A stretch of 64,000 nucleotides of DNA from Planctomycetota bacterium (GTDB lineage: Bacteria > Planctomycetota > B15-G4). The notes under the pieces are model-generated. The model did no database searches. It saw only the letters and a list, made by a program, of their open reading frames with translations, and was not told the DNA's origin. Position numbers and translations under genes: made by a program. The DNA lies in assembly GCA_965248575.1 (NCBI GenBank), contig CBDFJQ010000002.1, positions 2,464,001-2,528,000 on the forward strand, read 5' to 3'. Positions 38,662 to 47,886 of the stretch are shown piece after piece; the stretch's first letter is position 1; each line of letters starts with the position of its first letter.

Positions 38662-40425
38662 TCAATTGCCCTCGTCGAAAGCGAGCTCGAGGGTCGCGGA
38701 CTGCCCCGCCTGCACCTCAACGGGCTGGGAGAGAGCGGACGGAGCGTCCCTGGGTCCCGCGGAGGCATAGACCAACCTGGCCTGGTAGGTGCCCGGCGAC
38801 AGCACCGGAATCCGATACGGATGTGAGAGAAACAGGTAGTCGCGGTTGCGACCCGATCTGACTTCGCTGATTTCAAAGTACGCCCTCCCGAAGAAGGGGC
38901 GCCGCTTCCTATCTAGAAGCTGAACAACAAGTGAGCCCGTCTCAAGACCGTCTGGGCCCAAAGCGACTTCGATGCGCGACCCCACTTCGGTGACTGCGAC
39001 GGATTCAGCGGGCCGCACCTTCAGGTGGTTTCCATTGAGGAGCAACTCGAGTCGATAGTCTCCCACCGGGAGTCCGTGAATTGTGAACGCATCATCGACC
39101 ACCTCAGTCACCGGGTTGACCGAACAGCGCATCGATTGACTGTCGCTGTCCGGGACGGCGGGGTGGAGGAACACCTCGATCGAATTGAGGACCTGAGGAT
39201 CGGTCCCGTTCATGTGTGTCTCCCAGCCCGGCAGGGCCACTTGGAGAGTGCCTAACTCTGCACCTGAGGGCTCCAACACGAGACTGACCAATTCGAGTTG
39301 GTCCATGACCCTGGGGATGTACACGTCTGTTGACTGCTTCCTCATGCCCGGATAACGAGCATGGAATCGAACAGGCCCCGCCTCCGCCATCGGCCTCGAC
39401 GACATGAGTTGGATGAGGTAGGTACCTCGCTCCCTCCATGAGTGGAACAAGGGGTCGAGCAAGGCGCCCTCGAGTGCTTGAGGGGCTCTCAGTTGCACAT
39501 CGTCGTGAGTCTTGAAGGACCAAGAGGGAATCGAGTTGTAGGGAGCTGTTGAAATTGGGAGGTACCCGCCATCGAGCTCCAGGAGCTGAACGCCAAGGCC
39601 GTAGACGCACTCCACAGTCAGGGAATGAGTCGCATCGTGCTCAGCAACAGCGACGGCTCTCTGGCTCGCCACAGCCCCTTGACCGCCCGTCGTTAGGGTG
39701 TAACGTCCTGCTGGAACGCGCTCAGAAAATAAGAAGCCTCCCGCGGTATCCGTCAGAGTCGCAAGCACGGATTCGCTCTGCTCTCCCACACCGGGCACAT
39801 CGACTGACGCAAATTCAGCTGTCCCGCCTGCCGAAAGGCGAGCTCGCGCCGCTGCACTAAGTGCCTCGTCAACCGTCGGCGGGTGACCTTGCGGCCATGC
39901 GAGGACCACCATCCCCTCAGGGCCAGCACGACCATCGATCCACTGTGCTGCCCCTTTGAGTTCATGGGCAGCAGCAAGGAGGCAGCGAATGGGCACCGTC
40001 GAGCCGGTCGCCTCGGCGACCTCTCCAGCCGTGACCTCTCGAGGGAAGTACCCGTCCGCCACAACGGTCAGCCCGTGCTCCGAGACTTGCAACGTCGACA
40101 GTCCATCGTCGTCCGTCACGCCGAGGACCATGCCGTCAATCGACGAAAGGAAACGGGCGCCTGACACGGGATCGCCCAGGTCTTGATCCACGGCAAGCAC
40201 ATGAACGAGCTCGAGTCTCACCGCAGGGGCCATCCCGTTCATCGTGCTTGGATCGGGAGAGAGCCTTTCGATCGACACGCTCGTTGGTACGGACGCGGCC
40301 CCCCCCCCTCGCCCATTCGACGACGCGAGGTCTACGCCAGCATCCTCGTCTCCCACGTAGAGGACGACGAGCAAGATGGCGATGAGGAGCGTCCAGATTC
40401 CGAAGGATTTGGCTGACTTGCTCAT
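38662..40425 (-). CDS. Membrane-anchored hypothetical protein with repeated beta-sandwich (carboxypeptidase-regulatory-like) domains
   Basis: N-terminal TM, PVSGA...TDDDG...ADGY, TDTAGGF...PAGRYTL, GLPVGDYRL and PGTYQ motifs. Codon usage is visibly less GC-biased. Confidence 0.7.
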   Translation of the reverse strand: MSKSAKSFGIWTLLIAILLVVLYVGDEDAGVDLASSNGRGGGAASVPTSVSIERLSPDPSTMNGMAPAVRLELVHVLAVDQDLGDPVSGARFLSSIDGMVLGVTDDDGLSTLQVSEHGLTVVADGYFPREVTAGEVAEATGSTVPIRCLLAAAHELKGAAQWIDGRAGPEGMVVLAWPQGHPPTVDEALSAAARARLSAGGTAEFASVDVPGVGEQSESVLATLTDTAGGFLFSERVPAGRYTLTTGGQGAVASQRAVAVAEHDATHSLTVECVYGLGVQLLELDGGYLPISTAPYNSIPSWSFKTHDDVQLRAPQALEGALLDPLFHSWRERGTYLIQLMSSRPMAEAGPVRFHARYPGMRKQSTDVYIPRVMDQLELVSLVLEPSGAELGTLQVALPGWETHMNGTDPQVLNSIEVFLHPAVPDSDSQSMRCSVNPVTEVVDDAFTIHGLPVGDYRLELLLNGNHLKVRPAESVAVTEVGSRIEVALGPDGLETGSLVVQLLDRKRRPFFGRAYFEISEVRSGRNRDYLFLSHPYRIPVLSPGTYQARLVYASAGPRDAPSALSQPVEVQAGQSATLELAFDEGN

Positions 40426-40437
40426 CCCCAGAAAGCG

Positions 40438-40821
40438 TCAGGGCCCGGGATTACATGTTGCGACAGTTGTACCGCCACCTGTGCTGCCGTTGCAGTCACT
40501 GTTTACGGGGCCAGGGCAGGCAGGGGGGTCGCACGATCCCACATTTTGTTTTCCAGTGTGATCGTTCTTGACCTCCATGTGGCAGCAAATGGGTGGTGGA
40601 TCTTCCTCAGGGTCATCGCAGGTGCACCAAACCCACGCGTTTTGGGTGGACGATTGCACACAGCATTCATCTCCAGAACACTGAAGTACCCACTTACTGT
40701 TCGGCGGATCGTCGAGGCGTAGCACAGCACTGCCGTTGCATATCTCTGCGAGCAAAACCCCTCCGCTCGAAAAGAGAAGGATCGTGAGAGTCAGCAAGCA
40801 TTGCTTCATCATTAAGGTCAT
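40438..40821 (-). CDS. Small secreted cysteine-rich protein (12 Cys in the mature part)
   Basis: MKQCLLTLTILLFSSGGVLLA signal peptide, then about 100 aa with 12 Cys. It stops 12 bp before the next gene. Start may be 40821, 40812 or 40809. Confidence 0.7.
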   Translation of the reverse strand: MTLMMKQCLLTLTILLFSSGGVLLAEICNGSAVLRLDDPPNSKWVLQCSGDECCVQSSTQNAWVWCTCDDPEEDPPPICCHMEVKNDHTGKQNVGSCDPPACPGPVNSDCNGSTGGGTTVATCNPGP

Positions 40822-41053
40822 CTCAATTTCCCGATGAGGTGTCCAAGTTTCGACGAGCTCAGGAGGATCCCCGGTCGTCGCCTCCCCGGCGCTCATTCCC
40901 TCGGAATCTTACCCCCCGAACAACCATTCGTGTTCGAACGTGCGGTCCATAGACGTTTTCTTGTCGGACCGTCAGACACCGCGCAATGGGGCGTCGAAGA
41001 CACGAGCAGGACAGTGCGGCCCTCAGACAGGGTACTTCGCCTAGATGCTGGGG

Positions 41054-41851
41054 CTACCCATCCTGCGGCGGTTCAGGGTTTGCCCCCTGGCGCTGGCGCT
41101 CCGCCTTGCGGGACAGCAGCAACCCCACCTCGTAGAGCAGCAACATGGGGATCGCCACCAGGACCTGGGTGACCACATCCGGCGGCGTCATGATGGCGGC
41201 GAAGACGAGCATGCACAGGATCGCAACGCGTCGTGAAGACGCGAGGGTCTCGTACTGGACCACACCGGCACGCACCACGAGCCACATGACGATGGGCAGC
41301 TCGAAGACGATGCCCATGAGTAGCGTCAAGGAACGCAGGCTGAAGAAGTACTCCGACAGGGTGATGGCCGCCCCGGCCACCTCCTCGTCCAGGAAGCTGA
41401 GCAGGATCGGATAGGCCATCTGCAGCAGGACCGTGAAGCCGAACGCCAGGCCCAGGATGAACAGGGCCACGGCAAAGGGGAACGCCCGGAAGACTGCCTT
41501 GCGCTCACGCTCCAGCAGGCCGGCCGCCACGAAACCCCACAGCTCACGCAAGAACCAAGGCGCCCCCAGGAAGAGGGCGAAGGAGAGCGCGACCTTCATG
41601 GCGAAGATGAAGGCCTCCGCCGGGCGGATGAACTGCAGCTTGCCCGGGTCGGGCTGGCCGGCCTCGAGCATGCGCTCCCGGGCCCATTGGTACGGCAGCA
41701 TGACCACGTCGATGAGCGTGTCGCGGAACACGAAGCCCACGATGAACAGCAGCACGAACACGATGAATGAGCGGATCAGGCGCGTGCGCAGCTCTTCGAG
41801 GTGCTCGCGCAAGGGCATGCGTGAGGAATCCAGGCGGTCGACATCCGTCAT
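41054..41851 (-). CDS. tatC: Twin-arginine translocase subunit TatC
   Basis: MPLREHLEELR.RL, W.FV..GL...E, FELP, AAIMTPPD..TQ and LYE motifs. Confidence 0.96.
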   Translation of the reverse strand: MTDVDRLDSSRMPLREHLEELRTRLIRSFIVFVLLFIVGFVFRDTLIDVVMLPYQWARERMLEAGQPDPGKLQFIRPAEAFIFAMKVALSFALFLGAPWFLRELWGFVAAGLLERERKAVFRAFPFAVALFILGLAFGFTVLLQMAYPILLSFLDEEVAGAAITLSEYFFSLRSLTLLMGIVFELPIVMWLVVRAGVVQYETLASSRRVAILCMLVFAAIMTPPDVVTQVLVAIPMLLLYEVGLLLSRKAERQRQGANPEPPQDG

Positions 41852-42603
41852 GGGTTCACGGAGCGGAACACGCCGCCTCCATCCAGCTCGGCGATCACGG
41901 GGACGTTGTCCACCCGTGCGCAGTCGACAAGGTCCTGTGCGAGATTCACGGCGGCTAGCTTGCGCCCGGACAGGCTGCGCCGCAACAGGCCCGGCAGGTC
42001 GTGCTTCCAACCTTCGAACAGGGCCGCTGCCGTGCGCGCGCCATCCTCCGCCTCGGCGCCGCCTAGCAGGGCCAGGCTGCCGGCGAGGCATCCCGCGGCC
42101 GCCACATCGTCAGCCGCCACGCGCCCGCCACTGCCCGCACACACCAACAGGACGCCCGGGTGCCCAGCGCCCACCAACGCCCGGGCCGTGGCCTCGGCAT
42201 TGAGGAAGCTCGCGGCCAACACGCGCCCCACAACACCCGAGGACCCGTCGCCAACACAACGCTGAACGGCCTGGGTCCCATTGGTGGTGGTGAGCACCAA
42301 CTCCCGCTCGGCGCAGACATCGCGCGTGAAGTCTCTCGGGCTGTTGCCCAGGTCGAAGCCTTCAGGTGGCAGGCCGCCCCGTTCGCCGACAAGCAGGGCC
42401 CCGGAGGCCGCCGCCAGGGTGCGTGCCTGCTCGACACCAGCCACCGGCCGGACACCAAGCGCACCGGCACCCAAGGCCGTGCAGACCACGCTCGTGGCAC
42501 GCACGACATCGATGACGACGGCAGCCACGTCCTCGGACGCCACGCCCAGGGCCTCGAGACCTTCCGGGACCAGGGACTGCGTCAGGGCGACTTCAACCTT
42601 CAC
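41848..42603 (-). CDS. comB: 2-phosphosulfolactate phosphatase family protein
   Basis: VVIDVVRATS, GERGG...GFDLGNSP, TTTNGT and VCAG motifs. Confidence 0.9.
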   Translation of the reverse strand: MKVEVALTQSLVPEGLEALGVASEDVAAVVIDVVRATSVVCTALGAGALGVRPVAGVEQARTLAAASGALLVGERGGLPPEGFDLGNSPRDFTRDVCAERELVLTTTNGTQAVQRCVGDGSSGVVGRVLAASFLNAEATARALVGAGHPGVLLVCAGSGGRVAADDVAAAGCLAGSLALLGGAEAEDGARTAAALFEGWKHDLPGLLRRSLSGRKLAAVNLAQDLVDCARVDNVPVIAELDGGGVFRSVNP

Positions 42604-42625
42604 GGCGATCAGCCGCTCGATGCAC

Positions 42626-43891
42626 TCAGTACTTCAGGAAGCTCGCCAGCTCGGGCAGCAGGATGATCCGGATGCCGAACTTCTCCGCGGTGCGGTAGGC
42701 GTCGGTGTCCGTCAGAGCCACGGCATCGTCGCCCTCATCCAGGCTCGTCTCGCCCAGCACGAGGACGTCGGTCGAGGTGCCCACCGAGCCGTCGACCTTG
42801 GCACCCAGCTCTTCCAGGCGCTGCGTGGCGAACTCCTTGCTCATGTTCAGGGGGAACTCACCGAGCAGGTGGAAGTGCATCACCCGATCCTTGTTGAAGT
42901 GCGGGTTGCGCACGAGGTCGCCGGGCAACATCGGGTCGTAGACGTTGGGCTTGCCCACGAGGCCCACCATGGCGCTCGTGGAGCTCACTTCACGCACTTC
43001 GACCTTGCCGCGGCTCACCAGCTCGCCGGACGGACCGCGCCGCAGGAGCTCGAAGCGCGTGCCCGTCTTGAGACCGTTCTTGCCGCCCAGGTCGATCCAG
43101 GCCACATCGCCCGCATCAGTCACAGTCACCAGCTTACCGTCGGGCTCGGCTGGAGCCAGAGGAGCACGGTTCTCTGCGAGGGCAACCAGCTGGTCCGCTG
43201 CAAGCTTGGCCGCCTTGCTGGCGTCGTCGGTGGCGTCCGCAAGAGCGCGCTCCGCGTCCCGCTTGTCGGAGTCCAACGATGTGTTCACGTTCGTGATGTC
43301 GTCAATGCGGCTCTGGTCGCTTGCAGCCTGACGGTCCGCAGCATCCTGCGCGTCCGCCAACTGCTGGGTCAGGCTCGCCACTTGGCTCTTGTACGTGCCT
43401 TCGATGGAGACGGTTTTCTGCTCGGCAGCCTGCCGTGAGCTGCGCTCCTTCTTGTAGTCCGCAGCGACGGCCGACGACGCCGTGCGCGCCGAGGCCAGCT
43501 CAGCCATCAACTTCTTGACGGATGCATCGAGAGTCACATTGGCCTCACCGGCCACATCACCCAGGGTCGTCTTGACCGACTCGAGGTCTGAGCGCACGGA
43601 CGTCACGTCCGACTTCGCGTTGGGCGTTCCGTCGGTGTAGCCCGCCACCTGCGAAAGGGCGTTGAAGTTCGTGTTCATCTCGTCGAAACGACTTTCCCAA
43701 TCGTCCCGCTCGGCAAGAGCGGCCGTTGAGCGCTGGTCAGCAACAGCGATGCTGTCGTTGGCGACGTAGAGCAAGTACAGCGTCCCAAGCCACAAGATCA
43801 TGATGACGATGAGCCAGGTGGCATTGACGGCACCGGCTTCGCGGCGGCGGGAAGGCAGGAGGGGCGTGGTCACGTGTCCTCTTTCTTGCAT
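42626..43891 (-). CDS. Membrane-anchored coiled-coil protein with C-terminal beta-barrel and BRCT-like domain
   Basis: N-terminal TM and a long coiled coil, then DGK...WIDLG...GL..G..F and GAKVDGSV...TDVLVLGE...A.KFGI.I (BRCT-like). Start uncertain. Confidence 0.7.
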   Translation of the reverse strand: MQERGHVTTPLLPSRRREAGAVNATWLIVIMILWLGTLYLLYVANDSIAVADQRSTAALAERDDWESRFDEMNTNFNALSQVAGYTDGTPNAKSDVTSVRSDLESVKTTLGDVAGEANVTLDASVKKLMAELASARTASSAVAADYKKERSSRQAAEQKTVSIEGTYKSQVASLTQQLADAQDAADRQAASDQSRIDDITNVNTSLDSDKRDAERALADATDDASKAAKLAADQLVALAENRAPLAPAEPDGKLVTVTDAGDVAWIDLGGKNGLKTGTRFELLRRGPSGELVSRGKVEVREVSSTSAMVGLVGKPNVYDPMLPGDLVRNPHFNKDRVMHFHLLGEFPLNMSKEFATQRLEELGAKVDGSVGTSTDVLVLGETSLDEGDDAVALTDTDAYRTAEKFGIRIILLPELASFLKY

Positions 43892-44174
43892 CTGGGCTAG
43901 ATCCGGGCTGACTCAAGCTGAGTCTGAGCAGGCGTCGCGCTGTTCGGGGGAGGAAGACCGTCGGCCACCCGCACGTAAGGTGCAGTAGCGGGGTCGGGGC
44001 TCCAGTGGGCGCGGATTATAGGCGGGAGCCCCTTGGGCGGCAACGGAGCCGATTGCTCTCCTTTCCAAAGCAGCTTCCCGCATCCGGCCCGGCAGTCTGC
44101 CTGCCGGCTGCTCCAGGGCGCTTCCGGGCCCTGCCCCCTGGCTGCCACGGGCCGTCCCTGACTACCCTGGGCTC

Positions 44175-44762
44175 ATGGCTCTCGTGATTGGAATTCTGGG
44201 TGGCGTCGCCAGTGGCAAGTCCACCGTGGCCCGCCTGATGGCCGAGAAAGGCATCGTTCACGTGGATGCCGACGCCTTTGCCCACGAGGTCGTGCTGGAA
44301 CCGGCGGTTCGGCACGCCCTGGAGCAACGCTTCGGCGACGACCTCTACGACGGGCAGGGCCAGCTGGACCGCGCGCTCCTGGCAAAACGGGCATTCTGTG
44401 ACGAAAACAGTACACAGGAGCTGAATTCGCTCATTCACCCCAGGGTTCGCCAGCGCATCGCCGAGGCCCTGGCCGAGGCAGGTGAGCGGCCCGTGGTCCT
44501 GGATGTGCCCCTGCTTCTGGGCTCCCCGCTCGAGAATCTGGTGACCCGCTGGGTCTATCTGGAGACGCAGGAGGGCACCCGGGACGAGCGGGCAGCGGGC
44601 CGGAATTGGGCCCCGCAGGAGAGAGCTCGCAGGGAAGCACTCCAGGCGGATCTCACCGCGAAACGAGCTCGAGCCCACCATGTGCTGGAAAACAACGGCG
44701 AGATCGAGGATCTTGGGCGGCGAGTTGACGCTCTGCTCCTGGAGTGGGGCGTCCCCATCTGA
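44175..44762 (+). CDS. coaE: Dephospho-CoA kinase
   Basis: GILGGVASGKSTV, DAD, LDR..LA, LNSLIHPRV and DVPLL. Confidence 0.95.
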   Translation: MALVIGILGGVASGKSTVARLMAEKGIVHVDADAFAHEVVLEPAVRHALEQRFGDDLYDGQGQLDRALLAKRAFCDENSTQELNSLIHPRVRQRIAEALAEAGERPVVLDVPLLLGSPLENLVTRWVYLETQEGTRDERAAGRNWAPQERARREALQADLTAKRARAHHVLENNGEIEDLGRRVDALLLEWGVPI

Positions 44763-44961
44763 CCCAGTGCGCCCTCGCACGGCCGGACAGGGAGAGCCCC
44801 GCCTCTCCTGAACCTGCTGATCAGGCCGCCGCCCCCAGCCGACGCCGATGCCCAGACTTCGGACGCTGGGGCCGGATCCCAGGCCTTTCGGCATGTCCCT
44901 CCCCCGTCGCTTTCGCCGACCACTCCCTTCTCCTCCGCCCCTCTGCCCGCTTCCGCACTTC

Positions 44962-46425
44962 ATGGCTCGACCACCACATCAGCGCCCCACTGCTCCCGGT
45001 GAACCGGACATCCACCACGTGGAGGATGTTGCGGAGCTCCCGCGCCTCACGGCTTCGGACGCCGCCGATGAAGAGGCAACGGACTCCACTGCGGACGCCT
45101 CGCCCCGCCAGATGTTCGTGAAGAAGGCCCCGCCCCTGCCGGGCATGGGTGATCACCCCGAGCCCGCGGATCTGGCGGACCTCGCCTCCATGCCCATGCC
45201 CGACCTCGTGCGCCGCCTCGGGCAGTACGGGATCGAGTGCCACGAGGGGACAGATCGCAGCAAGCTGCTCGTCGCCCTGATGCGCAACTCGGACAAGCTG
45301 GGCTTGCGCCTGGTGGGTGAAGGTCAGATCGAACTCATGCCCGACGGCTACGGTTTCTTGCGCTGCGCCAGGAACACCTTCCTGCCGTCTCCGGACGACC
45401 TCTACATCGCCCCCGCCCTGGTGAAGGAGTACAGCCTGCACCCGGGCATGTACATCAAGGGCCGAGTGAAGCGCGGTCGGCGCAAGGACAAGTACTTCGC
45501 CATCGAAGAGATCCTGCTGATCAATGACAAGGATCCCGAGCACGCCAAGGACCTCACGCTCTTTGACGACCTCACGCCCGTCTTCCCAGACAAGCGCATC
45601 CTGCTGGAGACGGATGACTCCCGGGATTTCTCGGCGCGGGTGGTCGACCTCATGGCCCCCATCGGCTTCGGGCAGCGTGGGCTGATCGTCTCGCCGCCCC
45701 GCTCCGGCAAGACCATGTTGCTGAAGGCGCTGGCGCAGGCCATCACCACCAACTACCCGAACATCAAGCTGTTGGTGTTCCTGGTGGATGAGCGCCCCGA
45801 AGAGGTGACCGACATGATGCGTTCGGTGGACGGCGAAGTCATTGCGTCCACCTTCGACGAGCCCCCTCAGCGACACATCGCCGTGTCGGACCGTGTGGAC
45901 GAGCGGGCACGCAGCCTCGTCGAGTCGGGCTACGACGTCGTGCTCTTGATCGACTCCATCACGCGTCTCGGTCGGGCCTTCAATGCAGCGGCACGCACCA
46001 CGGGCCGCATCCTCTCCGGTGGAATCGAAGCCAACGCGCTCCAGAAGCCCAAGCGGCTGTTCGGAGCTGCGCGCAACATCGAGGGCTCCGGCTCGCTGAC
46101 GATCCTCGCCACAGCTCTGATCGAGACCAACTCCCGTATGGACGAGGTCATCTTCGAAGAGTTCAAGGGCACGGGCAACATGGAGATCGTGCTGAGCCGC
46201 GCCGTCTCCGAGCAGCGCATCTACCCGGCCATCGACATCCATCGCTCGGGAACGCGCATGGAGAATCTGCTCTTCGATCCGCAGGAAGCCGAGTTCGTCA
46301 CGCAGCTGCGCAAGGCCTTGGCGGACCTCACGCCACCGGACGCCATCGACTCACTGCTGAAGCGCATGAAGCAGACCGCCACGAACGTCGAGTTCCTGCT
46401 GGGTCTGCGCAACGCCAAGTTCTAG
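44962..46425 (+). CDS. rho: Transcription termination factor Rho
   Basis: DGYGFLR, PIGFGQRGLIV.PP..GKT, DERPEEVTD, DSITRL and IFEEFKGTGNME. Start uncertain. Confidence 0.97.
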   Translation: MARPPHQRPTAPGEPDIHHVEDVAELPRLTASDAADEEATDSTADASPRQMFVKKAPPLPGMGDHPEPADLADLASMPMPDLVRRLGQYGIECHEGTDRSKLLVALMRNSDKLGLRLVGEGQIELMPDGYGFLRCARNTFLPSPDDLYIAPALVKEYSLHPGMYIKGRVKRGRRKDKYFAIEEILLINDKDPEHAKDLTLFDDLTPVFPDKRILLETDDSRDFSARVVDLMAPIGFGQRGLIVSPPRSGKTMLLKALAQAITTNYPNIKLLVFLVDERPEEVTDMMRSVDGEVIASTFDEPPQRHIAVSDRVDERARSLVESGYDVVLLIDSITRLGRAFNAAARTTGRILSGGIEANALQKPKRLFGAARNIEGSGSLTILATALIETNSRMDEVIFEEFKGTGNMEIVLSRAVSEQRIYPAIDIHRSGTRMENLLFDPQEAEFVTQLRKALADLTPPDAIDSLLKRMKQTATNVEFLLGLRNAKF

Positions 46426-46495
46426 GCCACGTTGGTCGGCGCTGGGGCCCGGCGCTCGGAGGCTGCTCGCGCCCGGGTGTCGCGACGGCGCACGC

Positions 46496-47863
46496 TCAGG
46501 GCTCCACGAGCTGCATGTCGCCTGGCCGCGGCCCCGCTTGGGCCTGCCAGCCGTTCGCCAACTCCAGCGACCAACCCTCCCCCACCAAAGCTGCTCGCGA
46601 GTTCTCCGGCTCAACCTGTGGCCGCGGCACGCGGAAGCCCGCCACCGTGCCGACCTCGTCGCGCAGAAGCAGCGCACCGCCAGTCTCGACCTTCAGCGTG
46701 CCCCATGTGTCGGTCACCGTCAGCGAGTCGTACACCTGGCCGTAGCCAGGCAAGCTCTCCTCGCCATAGGGGTTGAAGGAATACTGCACGGCCTGGGAGG
46801 CCGTGAGCTCGAGGATCGGCCCAGCGACGAAGTCCGACTCGTAGCGAACCAGACGCTCCCTCCGTGCCCGCTCCCGATTCGATTCATCGAGCAGGACCGT
46901 CTGACCGTCGTAGGACTCGAGACGGGTCTTCGCGAAGGTCAGGGCATCCTCGGGGAGCGTCAGCTGCCAGGCATCGGCCAGGCTCGCACCAAAGTCCACG
47001 GTGCCGGCAAAGCCCGCGCGCCAGCTCGCCCCGTCGGCGAGGTCCAGCAGCACGCCGTAGGCCGGGCCGCTGGCGTAGGCAAAACCCCGCGCGTGTCGAT
47101 CGGCGCGCTCGTCGTCGAGCAGGCGTTGGGCGACGCGCTCCACGCGCTGCTCCTCCGAGGCCACGGACAAGCGGTACCCGGTGTACTCGGCCACGCCTTC
47201 ATTGCTCTCCAGGGCGACTTCCGAATCGTGAGCGTCAGGGAAGATCCCGTGCCGGGCGGCGCGGAACGCCAACGCATCCAGCAGGGCGGTGCTCCGCGCC
47301 GGCTCGTCACCAGCGCGCAGAGCAGCGGCCAAGGCGCGCCATTCCATGCGCAACCAGATGCGCCCGGTCCCGGTGTCGAGGTGCGCATTGGGGCTGGCGG
47401 GAAAAGCACAGCTCCCGAGGTCAGGTTGAATCCGGTGCAGCGACTCATGCATGAGCAGTCGCAGGCGTGGCTCCTCCTGGTTCGGTAGCGGCCAGATCAC
47501 CGTGCTCCACATCTGCCCCTGCCAGAGCTGGGCGGTGTTGGCCACGCTGAGGTCGGATGTCATGGGCCCCACGAACACGCCGCCCTGCTCGACCAGGGTT
47601 CCGTCCGGGTCTGCACGGTTGGCCAAGATGCGCCCCGCACGAAGGTCCAGGAAGATCATAGGGCCCGCGAGAGATTGGCCCCACAACGCGCCCGCGTCCC
47701 GGGCTGACGCAGCCTCTGCCTCGGCGAAGGCCTGGGCTGCCAGCGCCAACTCAGGTTCCCTGGAGGCCTCGAAGTCCTGAGTGCACGAGGCACCAGGGTC
47801 GGGGCGCGGGCAAGTCGGCACACCAACACCCAGGAGTGTCAGCAACAGAAGGATGGTTCCCAT
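46496..47863 (-). CDS. Secreted hypothetical protein with HExxH...EG zinc-metallopeptidase-like motif
   Basis: Signal peptide, HESLH and a downstream NEGVAEYTG. Confidence 0.65.
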   Translation of the reverse strand: MGTILLLLTLLGVGVPTCPRPDPGASCTQDFEASREPELALAAQAFAEAEAASARDAGALWGQSLAGPMIFLDLRAGRILANRADPDGTLVEQGGVFVGPMTSDLSVANTAQLWQGQMWSTVIWPLPNQEEPRLRLLMHESLHRIQPDLGSCAFPASPNAHLDTGTGRIWLRMEWRALAAALRAGDEPARSTALLDALAFRAARHGIFPDAHDSEVALESNEGVAEYTGYRLSVASEEQRVERVAQRLLDDERADRHARGFAYASGPAYGVLLDLADGASWRAGFAGTVDFGASLADAWQLTLPEDALTFAKTRLESYDGQTVLLDESNRERARRERLVRYESDFVAGPILELTASQAVQYSFNPYGEESLPGYGQVYDSLTVTDTWGTLKVETGGALLLRDEVGTVAGFRVPRPQVEPENSRAALVGEGWSLELANGWQAQAGPRPGDMQLVEP

Positions 47864-47886
47864 GAAAGAGGCTCCTGGGGTCAGGC

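Noticed and set aside
43892..44174. Possible ncRNA in the divergent intergenic region before coaE
   Set aside because: No recognisable tRNA, riboswitch or strong stem pattern. It is adequately explained as divergent promoters.
6633..44762. Other TGA stops (6635, 8345, 14260, 29302, 44762) as Sec candidates
   Set aside because: No Cys-motif context, no convincing coding continuation and no CGT apex at +21.
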